A stretch of DNA of 64,000 nucleotides from Gemmatimonadales bacterium (GTDB lineage: Bacteria; Gemmatimonadota; Gemmatimonadetes; Gemmatimonadales; GWC2-71-9): positions 24,717 to 88,716 of the forward strand of contig DATBLR010000107.1 of the NCBI GenBank assembly GCA_036555275.1, written 5' to 3'. The translations under genes and the position numbers were made by a program. The notes beneath the pieces are model-generated. The model did not search any database. It worked only from the letters and a program-made list of their open reading frames with translations, and had not been told where the DNA came from. Positions 8,006-16,285 of the stretch are shown piece by piece (position 1 is the first letter of the stretch; each line of letters opens with the position of its first letter).

Positions 8006-8976
8006 CCGCCCGCCCGCGGGTCATCATCACCCGGAAGATCCCGGCGGCATGTGAAGCGGAGGCGGAGCGGCGGTTTGACGCCGTGGTCAACCGGGACGAT
8101 GTGCCCCTGAGTGCCGACCAGCTGCGGGAGGCGCTGCGCAACGCCGACGGGCTCCTGCCGACGGTCACCGATAAGGTCACCGCCGAGGTGCTGGCGGTCG
8201 CGCCGCGGCGGGCGAAGATCATCGCCAATTTCGGGGTCGGGTTCAACAACATCGACATCGCGGCCGCCGGGGCGCAGGGCCTCACCGTCACCAACACGCC
8301 CGACGTCCTCACCGATGACACGGCGGATATCGCCATGACACTGCTGCTCATGGTGGCACGCCGCGCCGGGGAGGGCGAACGTCAGGTCCGCGCCAGGCAG
8401 TGGACCGGCTGGCGGCCGACGCACATGCTCGGGGCCAAGGTGAGCGGGAAGACACTGGGCCTGATCGGCTTCGGCCGGATCGCGAAGGCGGTGGCCCGGC
8501 GGGCGCACCACGGCTTCGGCATGCGGATCCTCTATACCGACCCGTTCCCGCCAAAGCCGGAGGAGGCGAAGGCGGTGAATGCGGAGGCGCGGGCCTCGGT
8601 GGAGGACGTACTGCGGGAGGCGGATTTCATATCGCTCCATTGCCCCGCGACGCCCGAGACCCGGCACCTGATCAACCGGGAGCGGCTGGCGGTCATGCGG
8701 CCGCACGCCTTCCTGATCAACACCGCGCGCGGCGACGTGGTGGAGGAGGCGGCGCTGGTGGCCGCGCTCAAGGCCGGCGGCATCGCGGGGGCGGGGCTCG
8801 ACGTGTTCGAGAAGGAGCCCACTGTGGCCCCCGAGCTGCTCGCCATGGAGAACGTGGTCCTGCTTCCCCACCTGGGCAGCGCCACCCAGGAAACCCGGGT
8901 TGCGATGGGTATGCGGGCCATCGAGAACCTCTCGCTCTTCTTTGCCGGGCAGCCGGTCCGCGACAAGGTCGTGTGA
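8002..8976 (+). CDS. hprA: Hydroxypyruvate/glyoxylate reductase (D-isomer-specific 2-hydroxyacid dehydrogenase)
   Basis: ORF 7762..8976 trimmed to ATG 8002 (ATGA overlap with mtkB). Motifs GLIGFGRIAKAV (NAD fold), INTARGDVV and PHLGSAT. Confidence 0.85.
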   Translation: MTARPRVIITRKIPAACEAEAERRFDAVVNRDDVPLSADQLREALRNADGLLPTVTDKVTAEVLAVAPRRAKIIANFGVGFNNIDIAAAGAQGLTVTNTPDVLTDDTADIAMTLLLMVARRAGEGERQVRARQWTGWRPTHMLGAKVSGKTLGLIGFGRIAKAVARRAHHGFGMRILYTDPFPPKPEEAKAVNAEARASVEDVLREADFISLHCPATPETRHLINRERLAVMRPHAFLINTARGDVVEEAALVAALKAGGIAGAGLDVFEKEPTVAPELLAMENVVLLPHLGSATQETRVAMGMRAIENLSLFFAGQPVRDKVV

Positions 8977-11750
8977 CCCAGGACTATCTCGCTCCGTTTA
9001 CTGCCGGCGCGCTCCCTTCCTCTCCTGATCCGCTCGCAGCCAGCGCCGCCCAATACGCGACCGAGGTAGCGGAGCACCTCTTCTCGCTCCTGGTTGGCGT
9101 CGTCAAGGTCCGACACCCCTACCTCGAGTCGGCCCTCGCGGGCGGGCCGATGGATCCCGGCTGGACCACCGACCAGCTGGAGGCGTGCCTCCGCGCCCAG
9201 GGAATCTGGTTTCAGCTCCTCTCTATCGCCGAGCAGAACGCCGGCATGCGGCGCCGTCGCCAGACTGAGACCGAGCGAGGGGCCGAGCACGTCAAGGGCA
9301 CCCTGAGTCAGGTGCTGCACGACCTGGTCCGCGACGGGATCGCCGAGCCCGACGGCGTGCGGCGCCTGCTTCACGACCTGCGCGTCCGGCCGACCATTAC
9401 GGCCCATCCCACCGAGGCCAAGCGGGTGACGGTGCTGGAAAAGCAGCGCCGCATCTACCGCAAACTCGTGGACCTGGAGTCGCCCCGCTGGACTCCGCGG
9501 GAGCGGGCCCAGCTCACCGAAGCGCTCCGCACCGATATCGAGCTCCTGTGGATGACGGGCGAGCTTCGGCTCGAGAAGCCCACGGTGCCCCAGGAGGTCT
9601 ACTGGGGGCTGCACTTCTTCAGCGAAACCCTGTTCGAGGCCGTGACCGAGACCGCCGAGAAGCTCGAGCGGCTGCTGGCACAGATCTGGCCCGAGGAACG
9701 ATTCGAGATTCCGCCATTCTTCCAGTTCGGTTCCTGGATCGGAGGCGATCGGGACGGGAATCCGTTCGTGACCAACGAGGTCACCCGACGGACGCTGTGC
9801 GAGAACCGGATGGCGAGCCTGCATCGCTATCGCCAGCGACTGGTCGAGCTGCTCAAGACGCTGAGCATCACCGAGCGGGCCGTGACGGTGACGCCCGCCT
9901 TCCGGGCCGCCCTGGACCGCGCCCTGGGAGAGAGCGGCGATGGCCCCGGGATCATCTCCCGCAACCCCGGCGAGATTTTTCGCCAGTATCTCGCCTGCAT
10001 GATGCACAAGCTCGAGGGCGCGATTCGGCATGCCGAGCGGGGAGGCAAGGCCCTGGCGGGCGACGGCTACGGCTCGGCCGACGAGCTGCTGACCGATCTG
10101 CGCATCCTCGAGAATGCGCTCCGGGACGGAGGCAGCGCCACGCTCGCGAGCCAGCTCTTGCGGCCGGTGCGGCGCGAGGTCGAGACCTTTCGCTTCAGTA
10201 CCGTCCGGCTCGATCTCCGGGAAAATACGGCCCGCCTGACCGAGGCGCTGGTGGCACTCTGGCGCATCACGACGGGCCAGGGCGGCGACCCGCCGGCGCT
10301 GGCTTCGGATGAGTGGAAGGGCTGGCTCCTGGGGGAGCTGGCCCGGCCCCGCCGGGGCGACCGGCCGCCGGAGGCGTTCCCGCCGGGGGTGCGGGAGACC
10401 ATCGGCATGTTTCGGCTCGTGGGGGAAATGCGGGCCGGGCTGGATCGGGAGGCCTTCGGCGCCTTCATCCTCAGCATGACCCGCGAGGTTGCCGATGTGC
10501 TCGGTGTTTACCTCCTGGCCAAGGTGGCGGGCCTCTTCGCCGACGAGTCGGGGGTGGAGAGCTGCACTCTCCCCATTGTCCCGCTGTTCGAGACCATTGA
10601 CGACCTGCACCGCGCACCCGGGATGATGCGGGAGCTCCTTAGCATCCCGGTGGTGCGGCGGACGGTGCGGGCTCTCGGCGGAGCCCAGGAAGTGATGATC
10701 GGTTATTCGGACAGCAACAAGGATGGCGGCTACTTGTCCTCCAACTGGGAGCTGTCCAAAGCCCAGACCCGACTCACCCGGCTGGGCGAGGAGCTTGGGG
10801 TCCCGATCAGCTTCTTCCACGGGCGAGGCGGGTCGGTAAGCCGGGGAGGCGCGCCGCTGGGCCGATCTATCGCGGCCCAGCCTGCCGGATCCATCCGGGG
10901 CCGGATGCGGGTGACAGAGCAGGGGGAGGTTGTCTCGCTCAAATACGCCAACCGGGGCACCGCGCAGTACCAGGTGGAGCTCCTTGCCGCGAGCGTGATC
11001 GAGCATTCCTTCCGCTCCGAGCAGGAGGCGGCCCTCGCCCCGACCAGCGAATTCGACGAGGCCATGGAGGCTCTCTCCGGCGCGGCCCAGGCGGCCTACC
11101 GCCGCTTCGTCGAGCGCCCCGATCTGATCGGCTACTTCACTGCCGCGAGCCCGCTGGAGGAGCTCACCCTGCTGAACATCGGCTCCCGGCCGGCACGCCG
11201 CACTGGCGCCCGGACCCTGGCCGATCTGCGGGCGATTCCCTGGGTGTTCGCCTGGTCGCAGAACCGGCACTTCATCACCGGCTGGTACGGGATGGGAAGC
11301 GGGCTCCAGACCTTCATGCAGATCCGGGGCGAGCGGGGGGAGAAGCTGCTCAAACGAATGCTGGAAGGCTCGCGACTGTTCCAGCTGCTGCTCGATGAGG
11401 TGGAGAAGACCCTGGCCTATGTCGATCTCGACATCGCCCGCATGTATGCGGAGCTGGTCCCCGAGGCAACCTGCCGGGACGCGATCTTCGGCTTGGTGGA
11501 GGAGGAGCACCATCGCACCGTCGAGGCCGTCCTGCGAGTGAGCGGGGCCTCGGAGCTGGCCGAGCGCTTTCCCCGGTTCCGCCGCCGCCTGGCGCGTCGC
11601 ATGGCGACCATCAATCAGGTGAGCCGACAGCAGGTGGAGCTGCTGCGCCGCTTCCGAGCGGCTGCGAGTGAGTCGGAGCGGCAGCGCTACCTCTCCGCAT
11701 TGCTCCTCTCGATCAATTGCATCTCGCTCGGGTTCGGGGCGACGGGGTGA
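8973..11750 (+). CDS. ppc: Phosphoenolpyruvate carboxylase
   Basis: ORF 8400..11750 trimmed to GTG 8973 (GTGTGA overlap with hprA), giving about 925 aa. Motifs TAHPTEAKR and GYSDSNKDGG. Confidence 0.9.
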   Translation: MTQDYLAPFTAGALPSSPDPLAASAAQYATEVAEHLFSLLVGVVKVRHPYLESALAGGPMDPGWTTDQLEACLRAQGIWFQLLSIAEQNAGMRRRRQTETERGAEHVKGTLSQVLHDLVRDGIAEPDGVRRLLHDLRVRPTITAHPTEAKRVTVLEKQRRIYRKLVDLESPRWTPRERAQLTEALRTDIELLWMTGELRLEKPTVPQEVYWGLHFFSETLFEAVTETAEKLERLLAQIWPEERFEIPPFFQFGSWIGGDRDGNPFVTNEVTRRTLCENRMASLHRYRQRLVELLKTLSITERAVTVTPAFRAALDRALGESGDGPGIISRNPGEIFRQYLACMMHKLEGAIRHAERGGKALAGDGYGSADELLTDLRILENALRDGGSATLASQLLRPVRREVETFRFSTVRLDLRENTARLTEALVALWRITTGQGGDPPALASDEWKGWLLGELARPRRGDRPPEAFPPGVRETIGMFRLVGEMRAGLDREAFGAFILSMTREVADVLGVYLLAKVAGLFADESGVESCTLPIVPLFETIDDLHRAPGMMRELLSIPVVRRTVRALGGAQEVMIGYSDSNKDGGYLSSNWELSKAQTRLTRLGEELGVPISFFHGRGGSVSRGGAPLGRSIAAQPAGSIRGRMRVTEQGEVVSLKYANRGTAQYQVELLAASVIEHSFRSEQEAALAPTSEFDEAMEALSGAAQAAYRRFVERPDLIGYFTAASPLEELTLLNIGSRPARRTGARTLADLRAIPWVFAWSQNRHFITGWYGMGSGLQTFMQIRGERGEKLLKRMLEGSRLFQLLLDEVEKTLAYVDLDIARMYAELVPEATCRDAIFGLVEEEHHRTVEAVLRVSGASELAERFPRFRRRLARRMATINQVSRQQVELLRRFRAAASESERQRYLSALLLSINCISLGFGATG

Positions 11751-11752
11751 CG

Positions 11753-11851
11753 GGACGAGGCGAGGAGGCGAAAAGGCCAGCAGGCTAGGTCGACGGTTGC
11801 CGGTGTCCCCCTGCCAGTTGGCCTCCTGGCCTCCTCGCCTGCTGGCCTTCC
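11753..11851. repeat. Purine-rich / pyrimidine-rich complementary segments between convergent ppc and rlmN
   Basis: gaggcgaggagg and ggccagcagg (11753-11785) have complements cctcctcgcc and cctgctggcc (11820-11851). The complements are in the same, not mirrored, order. The right part overlaps the rlmN 3' end. Confidence 0.5.
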
Positions 11852-12891
11852 ACCTCTACCCGCAGCTGCCCGCACGCGGCACTGATGTCGAGCCCGCGAC
11901 TGCGCCGGACGACCGCCTCGACCCCCCGCTGACCGAGCCGAGCGGCGAAGGCGCGGAGCCGGCTCGGCGGGCTGGGCGCGAGATCGGGAGCGCCGCCGGG
12001 GTGCAGCGGCAGCAGGTTCACCAGCGCCCCCGTCTTCCGGGCGAGAGCGGCCAGCTCGTCGGCGTCTCGTTCGCTGTCGTTCAGTCCGGCGATCAGTACG
12101 TACTCGAAGGTGATCCGCTTGCGGAAGGCGGCGGCCGCCGCCAAGACCTCCTTCAGAGGATACTTCTTCTCGACCGGCATGAGCGGCCGACGGCGGGCCG
12201 CGCTCGCGGCGTGGAGGGAGATCGCCAGCCGGAACTGTTCCGGCCGTTTGGCGAGCTGCTTCATGCCGGGAATGATCCCCACGGTTGAGACGGTAATGTG
12301 CCGCGCGCCGATGCCGAATCCCTCGGCACTATTCAGGACGGTGAGGGCGACGTCCACCGCGGGCCAGTTGAGCAGCGGCTCGCCCATGCCCATGAACACG
12401 ACATTGGTCGGCTTGTCAGCTGGGTCGCGAAGCACCAGCTCGCGGACCTGCCCCAGGATCTCTGAGGGCCGAAGGTTGCGTCGGAAGCCCATCTGGCCCG
12501 TGGCACAGAACCGGCAGCCGAGGGCGCAGCCCGCCTGGGAGGAGATGCACAACGTGCGGCGGGCGCCGGAAGGGATGAGGACCGATTCGACAAGCTCTCC
12601 GTCATCGAGACGCCACAGCTGTTTTCGGGTGCCGTCCTGCGAGCGCTGTTCGGTAGCCAGGGTGAGACGGGGGAGGGGCCAGTCCCGCTGCAGGAGCACC
12701 CGCAATTCCGCCGGAAGCTCGGTGGCCTCGGCCCACTGCCCGATCGGTCGCTGCCACAGCCGAGGCAGCAGCTGCCGCAGTCGAAATCGGGGCAGTCCGA
12801 GATTCCCCACCCAGCTTTCGAGGCGGGCCGACGCCTCCCGCGGCGGAAGGTCGAGCAGGGTGGCGGTTACGACGCCAGGACCGGCGGCCAT
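11785..12891 (-). CDS. rlmN: 23S rRNA/tRNA adenine-C2 methyltransferase, radical SAM (RlmN/Cfr family)
   Basis: ORF 11785..13230 trimmed to ATG 12891 (MAAGPGVV...). GCALGCRFCATG CxxxCxxC cluster. The C-terminal tail runs into the repeat at 11820-11851. Confidence 0.85.
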   Translation of the reverse strand: MAAGPGVVTATLLDLPPREASARLESWVGNLGLPRFRLRQLLPRLWQRPIGQWAEATELPAELRVLLQRDWPLPRLTLATEQRSQDGTRKQLWRLDDGELVESVLIPSGARRTLCISSQAGCALGCRFCATGQMGFRRNLRPSEILGQVRELVLRDPADKPTNVVFMGMGEPLLNWPAVDVALTVLNSAEGFGIGARHITVSTVGIIPGMKQLAKRPEQFRLAISLHAASAARRRPLMPVEKKYPLKEVLAAAAAFRKRITFEYVLIAGLNDSERDADELAALARKTGALVNLLPLHPGGAPDLAPSPPSRLRAFAARLGQRGVEAVVRRSRGLDISAACGQLRVEVEGQQARRPGGQLAGGHRQPST

Positions 12892-12975
12892 GGACCAAAG
12901 ATACATGCAGGGGGCCCGGCCGCGGCGCCGGACATCGCCGTCTCCAGCCCGCCTAACCTTCGCTGCCTGAATCGG

Positions 12976-13004
12976 TTGCCCTGCTCTCCGACGCTCATTA
13001 GGTT
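12976..13004 (+). promoter_or_regulatory. Sigma70-type promoter candidate TTGCCC-N17-TAGGTT for ptsN-aspS
   Basis: -35 at 12976-12981 and -10 at 12999-13004. The same -35 hexamer and spacing recur at 45722 and 47814. Confidence 0.4.
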
Positions 13005-13032
13005 TGGCCACATCATTCGTCCCGATCCAGGA

Positions 13033-13488
13033 TTGCTGCTCACCGAACTCCTCACGCCAGACCGCATCAGGGTACCCATCGCGGCTGTCGACAAGCCCGG
13101 CGTTCTCCGCGAGTTGACCCAGTTGCTCGCCGAGCGCGCCGGGACCGCCGTCGAGCCGCTCCTGACCGCGGTGACCGAGCGGGAACGGGTGCTGTCCACC
13201 GGCATCGGTCACGGCATCGCGATTCCCCACGCCAAATCACCGCTGGTCGCGGACCTCGCCCTCGTCGGCGGCAGTGCCCCGGCCGGCATCCCGTTCGAAG
13301 CGCTGGACGGGGAGCCGGTTCGCCTGTTCTTTCTGCTCATAGGCCCTGACAGCGCCGCCGGGCTCCACGTCAAGGCGCTGTCCCGTATCGCTCGACTGGT
13401 GCGTCGGGAAAGTGTGCGGGACGCGCTGCTCGCGGCCAAGACCCCCGAGGCGTTCCATCAGGTGCTGGTCGAGGCCGAGGAGCGATGA
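13033..13488 (+). CDS. ptsN: PTS EIIA-Ntr type nitrogen regulatory protein
   Basis: GIGHGIAIPHAK phospho-His block and LFFLLIGP. The track start, TTG 12976, coincides with the putative -35 box, so TTG 13033 (LLLTELLTPDRI) is preferred. Start remains uncertain. Confidence 0.75.
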   Translation: MLLTELLTPDRIRVPIAAVDKPGVLRELTQLLAERAGTAVEPLLTAVTERERVLSTGIGHGIAIPHAKSPLVADLALVGGSAPAGIPFEALDGEPVRLFFLLIGPDSAAGLHVKALSRIARLVRRESVRDALLAAKTPEAFHQVLVEAEER

Positions 13489-15278
13489 CCGACGCCACTT
13501 CGCTCCGCACCCATCGCGCCGGCAGTCTCCGTCGCCAGCATGCGGGACTGGCCGTGCGACTCGGGGGGTGGGTCCATCGGGTGCGGGACCTGGGCGGGGT
13601 CATCTTCATGGACCTGCGGGACCGGGACGGGCTGGTCCAGTTGTCCTTCGATCCCAAGTGGACTCCCGCGGACGTTCTGGCCCTCGCGGGAACGGTGGGC
13701 CAGGAGACGGTGATCATGGTCGACGGCACGGTGCAGCTTCGCCCGGAGACCGCTCGGGATACCGCGCTCCCCTCGCGCGACGTGGAGGTCCGGGTCTCCA
13801 GGCTCCAGATCGCCGGGCCGGCGCAAACGCCCGCGATTCCAGTCTCCCGGAAGGAGGGAGAGGACCTCCCCGCCGAAGAGCTCCGGCTCAAGCACCGGGT
13901 GCTGGATCTGCGTCGTCCGGAGCTGCAGCAAAACCTCATCCTCCGTCATCGCCTGTTGCAGCGGGCCAGGCGCACCCTGGCCGATCTGGGCTTTCTGGAG
14001 ATCGAAACGCCGATCCTCACCAAGCCGACCCCCGAGGGAGCGCGCGACTACCTGGTGCCCAGCCGGGTGCATGTCGGGGAGTTCTACGCCCTGCCGCAGT
14101 CGCCACAGATCTACAAGCAGCTGCTGATGGTGGCGGGCTTTGACCGCTACTTCCAGATCGCCCGGTGCTTCCGTGACGAGGATCTCCGGGCCGACCGGCA
14201 GCCGGAGTTCACCCAGATCGACCTCGAGTCTTCGTTCGTCGGGCAGGAGGACGTACAGGGTTACGTCGAGGCCGTGCTGGTGGCGCTGTGGGACGAGGCG
14301 GGCCAACCGGTCAAGGCTCCCTTTCCCCGGCTCGCCTACCGCGATGCGATGGAGCGCTACGGCATCGACAAACCCGATCTCCGATTCGGTCTTGAGCTTC
14401 AGGATTTCTCCTCGGCCGCGCGGGGTGATGCGGCCGAGTTCGTCACCGCGGCGATCGCGGCGGGGGGACGGCTGCGAGGCATTCTCGCAGAGGGGGCGGG
14501 GAATGCCAGCCGCAAGGAGCTGGACGCGCTGACCGCGGTGGCCAAATCCGCCCGGGCCGGCGGCCTCCTCTGGGCTCGGCGGGCGCCGACCGGCTGGGAA
14601 GGACAGGGCGTCAAGGCGTTCGGCGCGGAGGGGCTCGGAACACTGCCGGCTCGCGAGGGGGATCTGCTCCTTGCAGTGGTCGGCAAGGACGAGGTCACGA
14701 GCCCCGCTCTCCACGCGGTACGCATGGAGCTGGTGAAACGGGCCGGGACACCCGTTTCCACCAGGCATGCCTTCTGCTGGATCGTGGACTTTCCGCTATT
14801 CGAGCAGGATCCGGAGACGAAACAGTGGGTCTTCGTGCACCACCCCTTCACCTCACCGCACCCCGACGATCTCGGGAAGCTGGAAAGCGATCCCTGGCAC
14901 TGCCGGGCGCTCCACTATGACGCGGTCTATAACGGCACCGAGCTGGGCAGCGGTTCGATCCGGATCACCGATCCTGAAGTGCAGCGCACCGTGTTCCGGC
15001 TGCTGGGTACCGGTCCCGAGGAAATCCGGCGGCGTTTCGGATTCCTGCTCGATGGGTTGGCGGCCGGGGCTCCTCCGCATGGCGGTTTCGCGCTGGGCTT
15101 CGACCGTATTTCGATGCTGCTCGCCGGTGCGACCAGCTTGCGCGACGTGATCGCGTTCCCGAAGACCACCGCCGCGCGCGCGCTGTTCGAGGGCGCACCG
15201 ACGCGAGTGAGTGACGAAGAGCTGAGGGCGTTGCATCTGCAACTGCGGGACGAGGGAACGGGGAACGGGGAACGGTAG
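13485..15278 (+). CDS. aspS: Aspartate--tRNA ligase
   Basis: 597 aa. Class II motifs FQIARCFRDEDLRADRQPEFTQID and GGFALGFDRISMLL. The last 8 codons (EGTGNGER) are the left arm of a GGGGAAC hairpin. Confidence 0.93.
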   Translation: MTDATSLRTHRAGSLRRQHAGLAVRLGGWVHRVRDLGGVIFMDLRDRDGLVQLSFDPKWTPADVLALAGTVGQETVIMVDGTVQLRPETARDTALPSRDVEVRVSRLQIAGPAQTPAIPVSRKEGEDLPAEELRLKHRVLDLRRPELQQNLILRHRLLQRARRTLADLGFLEIETPILTKPTPEGARDYLVPSRVHVGEFYALPQSPQIYKQLLMVAGFDRYFQIARCFRDEDLRADRQPEFTQIDLESSFVGQEDVQGYVEAVLVALWDEAGQPVKAPFPRLAYRDAMERYGIDKPDLRFGLELQDFSSAARGDAAEFVTAAIAAGGRLRGILAEGAGNASRKELDALTAVAKSARAGGLLWARRAPTGWEGQGVKAFGAEGLGTLPAREGDLLLAVVGKDEVTSPALHAVRMELVKRAGTPVSTRHAFCWIVDFPLFEQDPETKQWVFVHHPFTSPHPDDLGKLESDPWHCRALHYDAVYNGTELGSGSIRITDPEVQRTVFRLLGTGPEEIRRRFGFLLDGLAAGAPPHGGFALGFDRISMLLAGATSLRDVIAFPKTTAARALFEGAPTRVSDEELRALHLQLRDEGTGNGER

Positions 15279-15320
15279 CACAGCCGCGCCCGTTCCCCGT
15301 TCCCTGTTCCCTTTTCCCCA
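15252..15320. repeat. Array-hairpin element, GGGGAAC class, aspS|phoH junction
   Basis: gagggaac ggggaac ggggaac gg - tagcacagccgcgc - ccgttcc ccgttcc ctgttcc cttttcc cc. Ends 14 nt before the phoH start. Confidence 0.85.
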
Positions 15321-15334
15321 GCAGGGGAGGCTGA

Positions 15335-16285
15335 ATGACCGATGACGTTCAACACCGCATCTCCACCGAGGGCGCCGATCCACTGCTGTTCACCGGTGTG
15401 AACGACGCCAATCTGTTCGAGCTGCAGCGGGCGACGGGGGTCCGGGCCACGCTGCGCGGCGATACTCTCACCCTGGGTGGCTCGCTGGAGCAGGTTGAGC
15501 GGGCCGCCCCGGTGGTGCAGGGGATGTTGGAGCTGGCCCGCATGGGCGAGACGGTGACGCCCGAGGATGTGGCCCGCCTGGTGGCGGCCGGGGTGGCGCA
15601 CGAGCCGCTGGGAACCGTCGACTACAAGATCATCCTCCCCGGGCTGCGGCGCGTGATCGCGCCCAAGACGCCCGGCCAGCGCGAATACCTGCAGGCCATC
15701 GCGACCCATGACATCGTGGTCAGCATCGGGCCGGCCGGCACCGGCAAGACCTATCTCGCCGTCGCCAAGGCGGTCGAGGCGCTGGCCCGGAAGCGCGTGC
15801 GGCGGATGATACTGGCCCGCCCCGCGGTGGAGGCCGGTGAATCGCTCGGCTTCCTGCCGGGCGACCTGCAGGCGAAGGTGGATCCGTACCTCCGCCCGCT
15901 GTACGATGCCCTCGAGGACATGATGCCCCACGACCGGGTGCAGAAGGCCCTGGAATCGCGGATCATCGAAATCGCCCCGCTCGCCTACATGCGGGGACGC
16001 ACGCTTGCCGACGCGTTCATCATCCTCGATGAGGCCCAGAACGCCACGGGCGCACAGATGAAGATGTTCCTTACCCGGCTTGGCGTGAACAGCAAGGTGG
16101 TGGTGACCGGCGACAAGACCCAGATCGACCTGCCCAGCCGCGAGGATTCCGGGCTGGTGCAGATCGAGCGGATCCTTCCCGGCGTGGATGGCGTCGCCTT
16201 CTGTTATCTGGACGAAAGCGACGTCCTCCGGCATCGGCTGGTCCGCGAGATCATAAAGGCTTACGCGGAGGACCAGCACGGTTGA
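15335..16285 (+). CDS. phoH: PhoH-like ATPase
   Basis: 316 aa with GPAGTGKTYLAV Walker A. Conserved phoH-ybeY-corC neighbourhood. Confidence 0.9.
   Translation: MTDDVQHRISTEGADPLLFTGVNDANLFELQRATGVRATLRGDTLTLGGSLEQVERAAPVVQGMLELARMGETVTPEDVARLVAAGVAHEPLGTVDYKIILPGLRRVIAPKTPGQREYLQAIATHDIVVSIGPAGTGKTYLAVAKAVEALARKRVRRMILARPAVEAGESLGFLPGDLQAKVDPYLRPLYDALEDMMPHDRVQKALESRIIEIAPLAYMRGRTLADAFIILDEAQNATGAQMKMFLTRLGVNSKVVVTGDKTQIDLPSREDSGLVQIERILPGVDGVAFCYLDESDVLRHRLVREIIKAYAEDQHG

Noticed and set aside
8400-8972. N-terminal extensions offered by the ORF track, for example ppc from 8400. Others: 1336, 3583, 6875, 7762, 13230, 17809, 25625, 28169, 30111, 36012, 38441, 40344, 44385, 48462, 52212 and 62149.
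   Set aside because: The extensions overlap the preceding, well-supported gene or an antisense gene, and they translate to low-complexity sequence. In each case an internal ATG or GTG gives a protein of family-typical length, often with a 4-nt start/stop overlap or a visible RBS.
8532-11513. 993-aa ORF antisense to ppc. Similar very long antisense or out-of-frame ORFs occur at 845-1660, 3590-4525, 4462-5463, 6103-7257, 7528-8871, 13458-14768, 14927-16279, 16261-18075, 19991-22000, 21397-23346, 30189-32087, 33202-35355, 38696-40477, 46304-47872, 54745-56097, 59865-60797 and 62089-63417.
   Set aside because: Each lies opposite, or out of frame with, an ORF carrying unmistakable family motifs. 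Their translations are Arg/Pro/Gly-rich low-complexity sequence. Stop-free antisense frames are the expected artefact in DNA of about 68% GC.
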